Below, piece by piece: positions 40,223 to 50,743 of a stretch of 64,000 nucleotides of DNA (its first letter is position 1; the number at the start of each line of letters is the position of its first letter). Origin of the DNA: an uncultured bacterium (GTDB lineage Bacteria > Armatimonadota > Abditibacteriia > Abditibacteriales > Abditibacteriaceae); assembly GCA_963843795.1 (NCBI GenBank), contig CAWJLW010000006.1:2864375-2928374 (forward strand), read 5' to 3'. The notes under the pieces were generated by a model. That model had not been told where the DNA came from. It did no database searches and saw nothing but the letters and a program-made list of their open reading frames with translations. A program made the translations under genes and the position numbers.

Positions 40223-41272
40223 TCAATGTTCCGACATTAGATAAGCCACAATCAATTTCGTCGTATCTTCTAACGCATCGATATGCGTGCGTTCGTAGCC
40301 ATGAGTGGCATCGACGCCCGGCCCGAACAGCGCCACGCGCGCGTCGCCACCCGCTTTCCAGAAGGCTTTGCCGTCGCTGGAATAGCGCGGGTAAATGCCG
40401 GGGCGCAGTTCAATCTCATTGGCCGCCGCGATTTCTTGTAGTTTCAAAGAAAGCTGCCGATCATACGGCCCGTCTTTGTCTAAAATGCACAGCGAAACTG
40501 CGGTTTCACGCGTGTTCATCGCTTCGCCGCTGGGTGCTATATCCAAGGCGACCAGCTCCGCGATACGTTCGGGCAAACACGCGCCGCCATGTAAAACTTC
40601 TTCGTAAGTGCCGATTTGTAAATACGAAGTTTGGTGCGGTTGCATTCCCGTTTCGTGCATCGCTTTAAACGCGGCGAATGTGGCCGCCAGACACGCTTTG
40701 TCATCTAAATGGCGCGCTTTGATAAAACCGTTGCTTTCTTCGTAACGAGTATCGAGACGCACATAATCGCCGACGCGAATTCCCAATTCGTAGGTTTCTT
40801 CACAAGTTTCGGTGCGAGCGTCAATGCGTACTTCAAAAGAAGCCGAAGTACGGTTCAAATTGTCAATTTCGCTATCGGCGAGATGCGCATGATAGGAAGC
40901 GCCGCGCGGCAAAACCGTGCCGCGAAAAATGCGGCCATCGGCGGTCGAAATTGAAACGTTTTCGTTTTCAATCGAACTCCAAAAATACGATCCCAACTGC
41001 GCCAACTGCAAGCGTCCATTATCATAAATGCGCGAAACCACTGCGCCCAGCGTGTCGATGTGCGCGGTTAAAGCGCGCGGCGCATCATCGTGGCGCCCCG
41101 GAATCGTCAAAATCAGATCGCCTTTGCGCGTGATTTCGATAAGCGAAGCCGGATTAATATCACATAAAATGGTGCGGCATAAATCAATGCCCGCATTGCA
41201 ATCGCCAGTGGGGCTGGGCGTTTCAATTAAACGACGCATTACGTCGCGTAAATAGCAAGAGTTAATTTTCAT
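40223..41272 (-). CDS. M42 family metallopeptidase
   Basis: TPSPTG, TAHIDTLG, ARHLDDK, YEEV, YSSDG, GVDATHGYERTH. Confidence 0.9.
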   Translation of the reverse strand: MKINSCYLRDVMRRLIETPSPTGDCNAGIDLCRTILCDINPASLIEITRKGDLILTIPGRHDDAPRALTAHIDTLGAVVSRIYDNGRLQLAQLGSYFWSSIENENVSISTADGRIFRGTVLPRGASYHAHLADSEIDNLNRTSASFEVRIDARTETCEETYELGIRVGDYVRLDTRYEESNGFIKARHLDDKACLAATFAAFKAMHETGMQPHQTSYLQIGTYEEVLHGGACLPERIAELVALDIAPSGEAMNTRETAVSLCILDKDGPYDRQLSLKLQEIAAANEIELRPGIYPRYSSDGKAFWKAGGDARVALFGPGVDATHGYERTHIDALEDTTKLIVAYLMSEH

Positions 41273-41319
41273 AATGCTTTAGGCGCGGCAAGTACTTGCA
41301 GTACTTGCAACGCACGTTT

Positions 41320-42915
41320 TCAAGTGGTCGGAGAAGTTTCGGGGGCCACTCGACGCAAGCGCAGCGAAAACACAAACGCGATCATCATAATCGCACCACC
41401 AGCGAAATAGGGAGCACCGGCCGAAACCAGATTGAATAAGGTACCACCAATATTTGGGCCGAAAATGCGGCCCAAACTGCCAACGGACTGGTAAACGCCA
41501 ATCAGTTCACCGCGTTCGTTTTCGGGAGCCAACTCGGAAACCAGCGCCGTCAAAATCGGTGTTGCAATCGAGTTACCGAACGCCAGTAAAGCCATCACGG
41601 GAAATTCGCCGATGAGATGTTTGGGAATTGGCACTAAGGCCAGGCCAATCGCCATTAGAACCGTGCCGGCAATGACCATATTGACTTCGCCAAAACGCTT
41701 TTTCAGTGGCCCAATTAAACCGCCCTGCACAATGAGCGCAACAACTCCAATCGAAGCAAAAATCCACGCCGCGAAGGTCGCCGCGCGCGAACGCACCAGC
41801 AATTTTTCGACCGCGCGCCACGATAAACCTTCAGGCGCGGGCTGTTTCAAGGTGAAATCTCCACCCAACGAAGGCGGATATGGCTCATCCGTTCCACCAA
41901 TGGTTTCACCTACGCTATCACCGCCGCCCTCGCCGCCACCGACCGCGACTTTGGGCTGACCTTGCTGCGTCGCCTGAATTTCGCGCCGCGCCGCTTTAAC
42001 AGCGCCTTCGGGGTCGCGCCGAATGTAACTCTGCACTTCAGGCCGCGTGTATTGCTTGATGAGAAATAGCGTGTACGTTCCCTGCAAAGTCGCAAAAGCC
42101 AACGTGGAGAAAAACGAAATCCACACGATGGTATTCAAACCCGGCAACTGAAACACACGCACGAACCCTTTCAAATTGAAAATTTCGCGCCGCGCGCCCG
42201 AGGCTTTGGCCGCCGCGCTCGCTTCGGCTTTGCCATCAGCATTAACGACATTTGGATCATCTGTGGTAGTTTCGTAACGCGCGTTGTTGGCGGCGCGCAC
42301 TTCGGGCGATAAGGTTTCGGGCAAGCGTTTCACGGCCAAGCCCCAGTTGATAAACGAAAGCGCAGCGGTGAAAAGCCCGATGCCGAAATTGCCGCCCCAC
42401 GGCGCGGGCAGTTGCGCCAACAGTGCGCCGACCAGCGGACCAATCGCGAAGCCGACGCCGAAAATCGCGCCGAAAATGCCGAAAGTTTTCGAGCGTTCTT
42501 CGGGCGGCGTGATGTCCGATAAATAAGCTTGCGCGGTCGAAATGTTGCCCGCCGTCACGCCGTCGATAAAGCGTGCGGCGAACAGAAACGGCAGCGAATT
42601 GGCGAACGCGAATAGAATGTAGCCAAGGCCAGTGCCGAAAATTGAATACAGCAGAATCGGTCGTCGTCCCATGCGGTCGCTGAGCCGGCCCCAGAACGGC
42701 GTCGAGAGAAAGCTCATCGCCGAATAAGTCGAGGCCAAAATGCCGACAATAAACGGCGTCGCGCCGAACTGCGAGGCATAAACCGCGAGCTGCGGAATGA
42801 TAATGCCAAAGCCGAGAATATCGAGAAAAACCGTCAGAAAAATGACGCGCTTGGCCGAAGCGCGCTGTTCGGGTGTGAGATGAACGTTATAGCCCGCCGA
42901 TGAAGAAAGCGCCAC
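41320..42915 (-). CDS. MFS transporter (TetA/DHA1-like)
   Basis: LDILGFGIIIP, GRLSDRMGRRP, AQAYLSDIT, GFAIGP. Confidence 0.92.
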   Translation of the reverse strand: MALSSSAGYNVHLTPEQRASAKRVIFLTVFLDILGFGIIIPQLAVYASQFGATPFIVGILASTYSAMSFLSTPFWGRLSDRMGRRPILLYSIFGTGLGYILFAFANSLPFLFAARFIDGVTAGNISTAQAYLSDITPPEERSKTFGIFGAIFGVGFAIGPLVGALLAQLPAPWGGNFGIGLFTAALSFINWGLAVKRLPETLSPEVRAANNARYETTTDDPNVVNADGKAEASAAAKASGARREIFNLKGFVRVFQLPGLNTIVWISFFSTLAFATLQGTYTLFLIKQYTRPEVQSYIRRDPEGAVKAARREIQATQQGQPKVAVGGGEGGGDSVGETIGGTDEPYPPSLGGDFTLKQPAPEGLSWRAVEKLLVRSRAATFAAWIFASIGVVALIVQGGLIGPLKKRFGEVNMVIAGTVLMAIGLALVPIPKHLIGEFPVMALLAFGNSIATPILTALVSELAPENERGELIGVYQSVGSLGRIFGPNIGGTLFNLVSAGAPYFAGGAIMMIAFVFSLRLRRVAPETSPTT

Positions 42916-43107
42916 GAAAATTCCTTACGCAAGTAACTTGCAAAGCCATTTTGCGCATTTAAATTTAAAATCTGGGCCGTGCGCGCACAGTTTGCGTTTT
43001 GACGCACAACGAAACAAGTTGCATTTAATTTATCGCGCTTTTTTCATCGCGCACTTGACGATGAAAAGCGCGTTGCAAGTACTTGCAGACGAAATTCCTC
43101 GTGTATA

Positions 43108-44646
43108 ATGGGGGAAGAAATCACGTTGCAAGTACCTGCCACTATCAATTTCACGATTATGTTAGCTCGCTACATTCCCCATCGCAGAACAAGGGTTTTC
43201 GTGCTGATAATCGCGCCCTTGCTTTTGGCGTGGATATTATTCGTGCAAGCGTCGTGGCGACCGCGCGTGATACAAACTGGCGGCGAACCGGCTCATTTTT
43301 CACGGGCAAACGACGGAACACTCAAAGCGACCAAATCTCCATTTCGAGCAAATTTAAAAGATGGCAGCGGAGCGATTTTAGATTTGGCTTTCTCGTCCGA
43401 TGGCAAAACTCTGGCGTTGGGCCGCCAGATTACGATTAATGGACTCAGAAATAAGCGACGCTGGGCTTACGCTGCCGGACAAATTCAATTGCGCTCGGTG
43501 AAAACGGGCGCGATTACGCAGACTTTGCCGTTTGTGAAATCGAATGAAGATACAATTTTTGAATTGTATCCGCCTTACCGCAAACTCGTTTTCTCGCCCG
43601 ATGGCAAAAAGTTGTTGGCGGGTAGCATGGAAAATTCTGTGGTTTTATTCGATGCCGCTAAAAATCGAGTGATACATTCCAAATTGCGCGTTTATTCTGA
43701 CAAATGCTACCCAGTCGGTTTTTCGCCCGATAGCAAAACCGCGATTTACGCCGAACGTGACAAGGTTGGTGATTATTCTTTGATGCGCGACGACCCAAAA
43801 CGAAAACCTGTCATCGTTCCCGTAACTCTTGTTCATGTTAGCACGAGCGATGGAAAAATCAGCAAACGCGCCACACTCAAGGTTATCGACGGATTTCCAC
43901 AACAGTTCGCATTGTTTCCCGATGGCAAGACGGCAGCCTGCGCTGTCACTTGGAGCGATGGCAATGCCGCCTTCGCTGTCAACAAAGAATCCGAAATGCC
44001 AGGTGTAGTCATCTTTGATGTCTCGACGGGTAAGATTGCCAAAAAAATCAAACCGGATTACGACGCTATCACGGCCATTACATACTCAAATGGCGTCGCA
44101 GATTTGGCGGTGTCGCCCAATGGTTACTGGCTGGCGACGAGTTCCTCGGGAGGCCCCGTCAATAAAAACTTCCTCAGCATAATCAACGTTAGTAGCAGTC
44201 AAATATCCGAAACCAGTGGAGGCAAAGGCGACCATATTCGGAAGCTTGCTTTTGCGCCCAATGGAAAAACTCTGGCGACTTTGGCTGGGAATGGTTTCAT
44301 CGAAACATGGAAAGTGAGAAGGCACTCTTTATATCGCGTTCTGGGCCAGCATCAAAACGCTTACGCAATTGCGTTTTCGCCCGATGGAAAAACCGTCGCC
44401 AGCGCGGGTTCTGATGGCACGGTTAGATTGTTTCGAGCCGAGTCAATTCAACTATTTCCCCAAAGTGCGCTGCAAGTACTTGCAGCGCACTTTTTGACTT
44501 TTTATTCGCTCAAAATCAAATCGCCCACATCATCCAGGCTTTTCGATTGCACGTCGCCGAACCAGCCCATAAAACCGAAGCGGCCTTTGCCATCGTCTTC
44601 GTTCAATGCGACGGATAATCCCAAATTCGCGCCCGCGCGCGGTTGA
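43108..44646 (+). CDS. WD40-repeat protein (3' end probably near 44445)
   Basis: Repeated AFSPDGKTLA units. The tail after the last repeat reads through a hairpin into the convergent gene. Confidence 0.8.
   Translation: MGEEITLQVPATINFTIMLARYIPHRRTRVFVLIIAPLLLAWILFVQASWRPRVIQTGGEPAHFSRANDGTLKATKSPFRANLKDGSGAILDLAFSSDGKTLALGRQITINGLRNKRRWAYAAGQIQLRSVKTGAITQTLPFVKSNEDTIFELYPPYRKLVFSPDGKKLLAGSMENSVVLFDAAKNRVIHSKLRVYSDKCYPVGFSPDSKTAIYAERDKVGDYSLMRDDPKRKPVIVPVTLVHVSTSDGKISKRATLKVIDGFPQQFALFPDGKTAACAVTWSDGNAAFAVNKESEMPGVVIFDVSTGKIAKKIKPDYDAITAITYSNGVADLAVSPNGYWLATSSSGGPVNKNFLSIINVSSSQISETSGGKGDHIRKLAFAPNGKTLATLAGNGFIETWKVRRHSLYRVLGQHQNAYAIAFSPDGKTVASAGSDGTVRLFRAESIQLFPQSALQVLAAHFLTFYSLKIKSPTSSRLFDCTSPNQPIKPKRPLPSSSFNATDNPKFAPARG
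44462..44493. terminator. 32-bp palindrome-core hairpin between convergent genes
   Basis: AAAGTGCGCTGCAAGTACTTGCAGCGCACTTT followed by more Ts. Confidence 0.75.
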
Positions 44647-47600
44647 AATGGTGCCAAGCGCGACCACGGAATCGCGATTTCATAAGTGACCGAACCGCTT
44701 TCGCCTTGACGTTTAGCGCTCACCGTCACATCATTCGTTAAACCGGTCGGCACGTTCGCATCTGCCGAGGAATGAAACCACGCTTTGGGACCGTTTTTAC
44801 CGATGCCAAGCGCGATGTCGTATTTGCCGGGTTTTTCGCTTTTCTCGCGCGTGGGATCAATCAAAAGTTGCAAGCCATCGCTCGCCCACAGCGCATCTTC
44901 CGCTTGAAGTTTGCCCGCGATGTCGTCGGTGACTTGCGCGCCGATATACAAATTGCGCGCGTCCCACGCGTAACGCAGATTGGCCGATAAATCCTGCGGC
45001 CCTTTCCACTTTTCCGCTTGCGCGCTAATCGCTTGCATCTGATTGGCCTCGTTCACCAGTTGAACCGGCGCGGTTTGCCAGAACGCTTCATCCAAAACGC
45101 CATCCAATTTGGGCGCTGATTTGGCCTTCACGACTTGCGCCATACCGCCGAGGAAACGTTCGCTGCTGATATTCTGGCCGCTCGCATCGCTGACATTGGC
45201 GCGCACGCGATAGATTTTATGCGCGTCGAAATCGTTCAATGGTAACTCAAATTGCGCCGAGCTTTTGCCCGCAATCGTCGCGCTGCCCGCAGACGTTTCG
45301 CCCAAATTGGCCAGAGCCGCAGACGACGCGCCGAAAACGCCCTGCGCCATCGCGCGTTCATTGGCCAACGACGCATCCCAATTCACGGTTTGCGCTTCCA
45401 GACCGTTGTTTGTCACAATCAATTTCACGCTCGCCGCTTGATTATCGCTTTTGGCGACCGGCGCGATTTGCAGCGCTAATTTGCCTGAAACCGGCGTGCG
45501 CACATACAATTCGCCGCGTCGCGCATTTGGTGCGCCCAATGTAATCGTGTAATCGGCCTCGCGAATCGCGCTGGTTTCAGGCGCGCTCACTGCAAATTGC
45601 AGCGCGTTTTGGTTGGCTGCTGCGAGCTTTTTCACCGTCCAGAACGCTGGCGCGACCAGATTCACTTCGTTGGCGTTCGCGCCATCGAGTGCGACTTCGA
45701 TCACAGTACTGCCGCCGCGTAAAGCGGTCGGCGCGGCTTTGATAGTGGCGCTGGGTTTGGCGAGTGCAGAGGGCAAAACGTTCGGGCCGCCATCGTATAA
45801 AACCAGAATAGGTTCGTCGCTGACCGAAGCTGTAATGCTCTGATTATTGGCGCTCAAAGTGTGACGGCTACCATCCAAACGAACCAGTTGCACGTTTTGC
45901 ACATTCGGCAGCGGCAAAGCGATGTCGGCGCGGCCTTGGTCTTTCCAAAGTACTTGCAGACTTTTTCCGTCGCGGTCGCGGAACAGAAAAGCGTGAATGC
46001 CATCGGCGTATTCTTTTTCGGCCACGAATTTCTTGATCGCAATCGCGTTCACCATATTGTAATAGGCAATCGCGGTGAGCTTGGGCGCGTAACGATTGAA
46101 GCGCGAATCGAACACATCGTGCGCCGCGCCCGAACTCGCGCCATTGGTGCCGTCGCTGTCAGGATACAAAAAGTCGAACCACGAAACATTGGCGCCGCCA
46201 GCCGCGAAGAAAACCGAGAACTTTTTAATCAGTTCGCCCGCGACGACATTGCGCGGAATGCCCTGACTGTTCAAGCCCAATTCGGTCGACCAGATCGGTT
46301 TCACCACATCGTATTTTTTCATCAGCGCCTGATATTGCGCGATGGCGGCGCGCACGTTCGCCGAATCTTCGTAGATGTGAAAATCGTAGGCGTCGCAGTA
46401 TTTGCCGTAGCCGGCTTTGAAATATTCTTCGTTGGGTTCGACCGAAGTCGCGACGACATAAATCGTCGGATCAACTTTTTTGATTTCCTCATACAGCACG
46501 CGATACGCGTTGACGTTGGCAAGTACTTGCGCGCCGGTTCCGTGGGGCTCGTTGCCCAAGCTGATAATCAGCGGGCGCACATGGCCGAACTTTTCGATTA
46601 AATTGCGCACGCCACCGCGCAAGGCGGCTTCGTCGTATTTGGTTTCGCCGCGCTCGATGGAACCGGCGGGCGTTCCGGTCAGCCAGCCCATGCCCGCTTT
46701 TTCGACGATTTCCAGACCGGGCGCTTCGGCGTTATAAGGCGGCGTTTCCGACCAAGTGCCCCACAAACCGGCGACGCGAATGCCGATGCGGTCGGCCAAA
46801 CGCAAATATTCGCCGATGCGATTATCCCAGTCGCGGCTGGTGAACGGCACGTCTTCGGGCTTATATTGCTTGGTCACGGCTTCGGGCAAAATCGCAAACG
46901 AAGAAAAGTTGCGAAACGGCTCGTCGCCCGCGCGCGGAACCGCGCCGTGCAGCTCGTAATAACGCCCGATTTCCAAATTCGCCGCGCTCAAATCGAGCGT
47001 TCCCGCATACAAAAAGCGCTCGCCATTTTTGCCTTTTGCTTCGACATTGACCGTCAGAGGTTTGGTCTGCTCCGCGCCCCAATAATCGCGCACCACGACC
47101 GAAACCGCGCGTTGCGCATCGAGCAGCGGCTTGGTCGATTCGACGCTGACTTCGAACTGGCGCGGGTCATTGCGGATACCACAAATGACCGATTTGCGGC
47201 GTGGAAAATAACAAGCGCGCCACGCGATTATCTTTGCGCGGCGCGGGCGCGAGATACGCTGCCGAAACTTCATCGACCCAGAATTGCCCGCTCGGTTTAT
47301 TGAGCCGCACCGCGAAACGCGCTTTTGTCACGCCGCGCGGAACTTCGACAATTTTGCTGACCGGCTGCCAGCCGTGCTGCCCGTAAACTTCGGCCAGATT
47401 CACGCTTTGCGTCACTTTGTCGCCATCAAGAAATTCGACTGACACTGCGCCGCTGTAAGAATCATCCGGCGATTTTAATTCCGAGCGCGTAGCCGCTCCG
47501 AACTGCCATTGTCCCGCTGTGACTGCAAATCCCGGCCCGTTCGCGATAATCGCGCGCTCATTATTGGCCGCACCGACCACGCGCGAAAGCCGCAGCGCGC

Positions 47601-48883
47601 CTTGACCTTTGAACGCGCCCGTTGTGCTAATCGTGGTTTCCGCGCTTCCATTCCAGCCAGCGGGCAGTTGCGTTGTGTTCTCGAAATCGCTTTTGAAAGC
47701 AGCGGGCTGCACGACGGCAGCTTGAATCGCATCGGCGCGAATATCGGACAGCAAAAGCGCGGGCTTACGATCTTTGGTGCTCGATTGACCATTGAAAATC
47801 AGCGTAAATTCCAGCGGCTGCGCGTGCCACACACCATCGTTGGCACCGGCCCAATGCTCGATTCCGTTCATCGCTTTCGACTCAATCACCAAATCGTGCC
47901 ACTTTCCATCCGCTACAACCGGCACACCTTTGAGCTGATGCGTTTGGCCGGTTCCATCGACCAGACGAAAGGTAATTGAAGTCACGTTTTCCGACTTTAC
48001 GCGCATACGCAGCGCGGTCAAATCGGCCAGTTGCAGATCGCGCAAATCGCGCGTGAGATAAGTCAGGCCCGCGCCGCCTTCGGGCATCTCGCCCAAGTAC
48101 TTCAGGCTGCTCTGCCCCGCTGCTGGCTCATCTTTGGTCAAAGCGATATTGGCCGAAGCGCCATCGCCCGATTCGACTTTCCAGCCATCGGTCTCATCTT
48201 CGGCCCAATTGTCCAGACGTATAACTGAAGCGACTTTGGGCAAATTCGCCACGTTCGGACGCGGCGTGAGCACAATCTCATTGAGCCACAAATTGCGCAC
48301 TTTGACTTTCTCAGTCGGACTAACCAGAACCGCCATTTCAGTCGCCGCGCCGTGCCATTTGCCATCGTTGGCGCCGCCCCAATATTCGTACTTCGCGATA
48401 CCGGTCACGGCATCGGCTTGCCCTTGACGCGCGAAAAACTGCTGAAGCGGAAACACGATGCGCTGCCAATCGGTACCGGTTGCAGTTTTGAGTACGATTT
48501 GATGGGTTTGCCCGCTGCCATCGTTGATACGCAGCGTGAGCCGGTCGGAATCGGGATTGCGCACCCACATCGACAGCTCGCGCGCATCAACATCGGGGAT
48601 TTTGTTCACGACGGCGACGTAATTCCCGCCGCCACTGAAATCGCCCACGATTTTCAGGCTCGGTTTTCCATTGTGCGCATTGACGTTATCGAGCGTTAGC
48701 CGAACCCTTGGCACCCGGAAATTCCTGCCCATTGGAAAAATCCCATCCGCCATTTTCCTTTTTGGTATCGATCAATGAAACCGTCGGAGCAAGCGGTAGC
48801 GTTTGAGCGCGCGAAACGCAAGGGCCAACTACACCTATCAAAGTTGTCACGATAGCCACGTTGCGAACCTGGCGACTGAACAT
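44502..48883 (-). CDS. Large secreted multidomain carbohydrate-active protein (CBM-like domains, clan GH-A-like module, C-terminal CBM9-like domain), two apparent frameshifts (~48700, ~47172)
   Basis: Three consecutive ORFs join into about 1460 aa. Signal peptide, LGNEP, YDFHIY, KPIWSTELG, PKLDGVLDE..YAWDARNLY..YEIAIPW. Confidence 0.75.
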
Positions 48884-48955
48884 TTCCCATTCCTTTTGAG
48901 TACGATGAACAAGTTAAGAAACTGTCAAGGGGGAAATGTTGTGACTTAATACACC

Positions 48956-48987
48956 AAAGCGCTCTGCAAGTACTTGCAGAGCGCTTT
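48956..48987. terminator. 32-bp palindrome-core hairpin
   Basis: AAAGCGCTCTGCAAGTACTTGCAGAGCGCTTT, downstream of the AKR gene. Confidence 0.7.
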
Positions 48988-49003
48988 TTTATCCGCAGGC
49001 CGT

Positions 49004-49909
49004 TTAGTAACGCACCAGAATTGGCTCGTCATCTTTGGCCCAGCCCATCACACCCGTATCGTGGAGCCAAAATAGCGTGCTCTCCCCTTCCTGCGTTAAC
49101 TCATCGCTTTCGCGCTCGATAATGGGCCGCACTTCTTCGACCAATTGTTCGCGTTCGTCTTCGTTTAATGGCTGAAAATTGTTAGCCAAAGCAATCGCTT
49201 CGTCGATTTGATGCGTATCATCCAAACCCAAAATTGCCAACGAAACTTGAGGCAAACCCAAAGAATAGCGCAGTGCCAGTGCGCGATTGTCATACGCGCC
49301 GTGACCGAAGACTTTCATGGCAACAACGCCCATGTTTTTGTTCTGAGCGCGCGGCAAAACGAAAGTTTCCGGGCTGGAAACCAAGCGATCAGCGATGCCA
49401 AGCGCCACTAAAACGGTATCGAAATCGTAGCTTTCCAAAGCGTGACCCAGAATTTCCGGTCGCGCATGGCCGGTAATGCCGATGAAGCGCACCAAACCTT
49501 CTTCGCGCGCTGTTTCCAGTGCGCTCAAAACTCCATCGGGCGCTATCACTTGTTCCCAATCGGCCCATGTATTTACGGCGTGAACTTGAATCAAATCGAT
49601 GTGATCGGTTTGCAACTTTTCCAGTGACTCTTCCAAGTCGCGGCGCGCACCATCGCGACTGCGGCGATTCACTTTAGTGGCCAAAAACACTTCGTCGCGC
49701 CGCGTTTTCATCACTGCGCCTACATGCGGCTCGCTGCCGTAATCGGGCGAGGTGTCGAAATAAGTGACGCCGCTGTCGATAGCGTGATTCAAACAGCGCT
49801 CGGCGTGCGCGCGCGAAACGTCTTCTTTGCCCAATGGCGCCGTACCATAACCGATGAGCGGAACTTCAATTCCAGTCGCACCCAAAATACGCGTTGCATT
49901 CAATTTCAT
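49004..49909 (-). CDS. Aldo/keto reductase
   Basis: LGATGIEV, YFDTSPDYG, FLATKV, DLIQVH, RFIGITGH, VVAMKV. Confidence 0.92.
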   Translation of the reverse strand: MKLNATRILGATGIEVPLIGYGTAPLGKEDVSRAHAERCLNHAIDSGVTYFDTSPDYGSEPHVGAVMKTRRDEVFLATKVNRRSRDGARRDLEESLEKLQTDHIDLIQVHAVNTWADWEQVIAPDGVLSALETAREEGLVRFIGITGHARPEILGHALESYDFDTVLVALGIADRLVSSPETFVLPRAQNKNMGVVAMKVFGHGAYDNRALALRYSLGLPQVSLAILGLDDTHQIDEAIALANNFQPLNEDEREQLVEEVRPIIERESDELTQEGESTLFWLHDTGVMGWAKDDEPILVRY

Positions 49910-50007
49910 AGCCCTGAAACCTCCCGGATGAGCCGGCGGCATTGCCAATTAAATGCCTTATGCTGAGAAAGAAAAAGCGTCCGGCAAGTACTTGTCGCAC
50001 GCTTTTT

Positions 50008-50682
50008 TTACAACGGTTGTTGTTTGGGAATTCCATCGCGGCGCGGATAAAGGCGCGGTGTGGATTGGAATTTGGCGAGCTTCACCAGATGATAATCTCC
50101 CGCGTGGTCGGGCAGTTGATAAGCGATGATTTGCTCAACGCGCGCGCCCAATTTGCCCAGCGCGTTTTTCGCGGTTTTAATTTCTTCGTGCGCGTTTTGG
50201 CCGCGCCACAGCACAAAATGGCCGCCGACGCGCAGCAAAGGCAAGCCCAGTTCGCAAACTTCGGAAATCGAACCGACCGCGCGACACACGCCGATATCGA
50301 AACGTTCGCGCCACACGGTGTTTTGGCCCAGCGCTTCGGCACGCTCGGATAAAACTCGGCCTTCGATGCCGAATTTTTCAATCGCGCCGCGCAGAAACGT
50401 CGCTTTCTTGCCGGTCGATTCGATGCACGTCAGCGGAAAAATCGGACGCGCAATCGCCAGCGGCAAACCCGGAAAACCCGCGCCCGCGCCCAAATCGAAG
50501 ACGCTTTTGCGCGCTTCAAATAATCCGGTTTCCAAACCTTGCAGCGAATCGACGATGTGCTTGTGCCACGCCAATTCGGGGTCGCGCACGCTCGTCAGGT
50601 TGAACTGCTTATTAACTTCCAAAACGTGGTCGAGCAAAGCGCGCAGACGCGCTTCGATTTTCGCTTCTAAAACGACTTCCAT
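50008..50682 (-). CDS. rsmG: 16S rRNA m7G527 methyltransferase
   Basis: FNLTSV, KHIVDSL, DLGAGAGFPGLPL, RAEA, CRAV, YPRRDGIP. Confidence 0.95.
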   Translation of the reverse strand: MEVVLEAKIEARLRALLDHVLEVNKQFNLTSVRDPELAWHKHIVDSLQGLETGLFEARKSVFDLGAGAGFPGLPLAIARPIFPLTCIESTGKKATFLRGAIEKFGIEGRVLSERAEALGQNTVWRERFDIGVCRAVGSISEVCELGLPLLRVGGHFVLWRGQNAHEEIKTAKNALGKLGARVEQIIAYQLPDHAGDYHLVKLAKFQSTPRLYPRRDGIPKQQPL

Positions 50683-50743
50683 AACTCAATTTCAATCACA
50701 AACAAACGCTGCAAGTACTTGCAGCGCTAACAGCTTATCGTAT

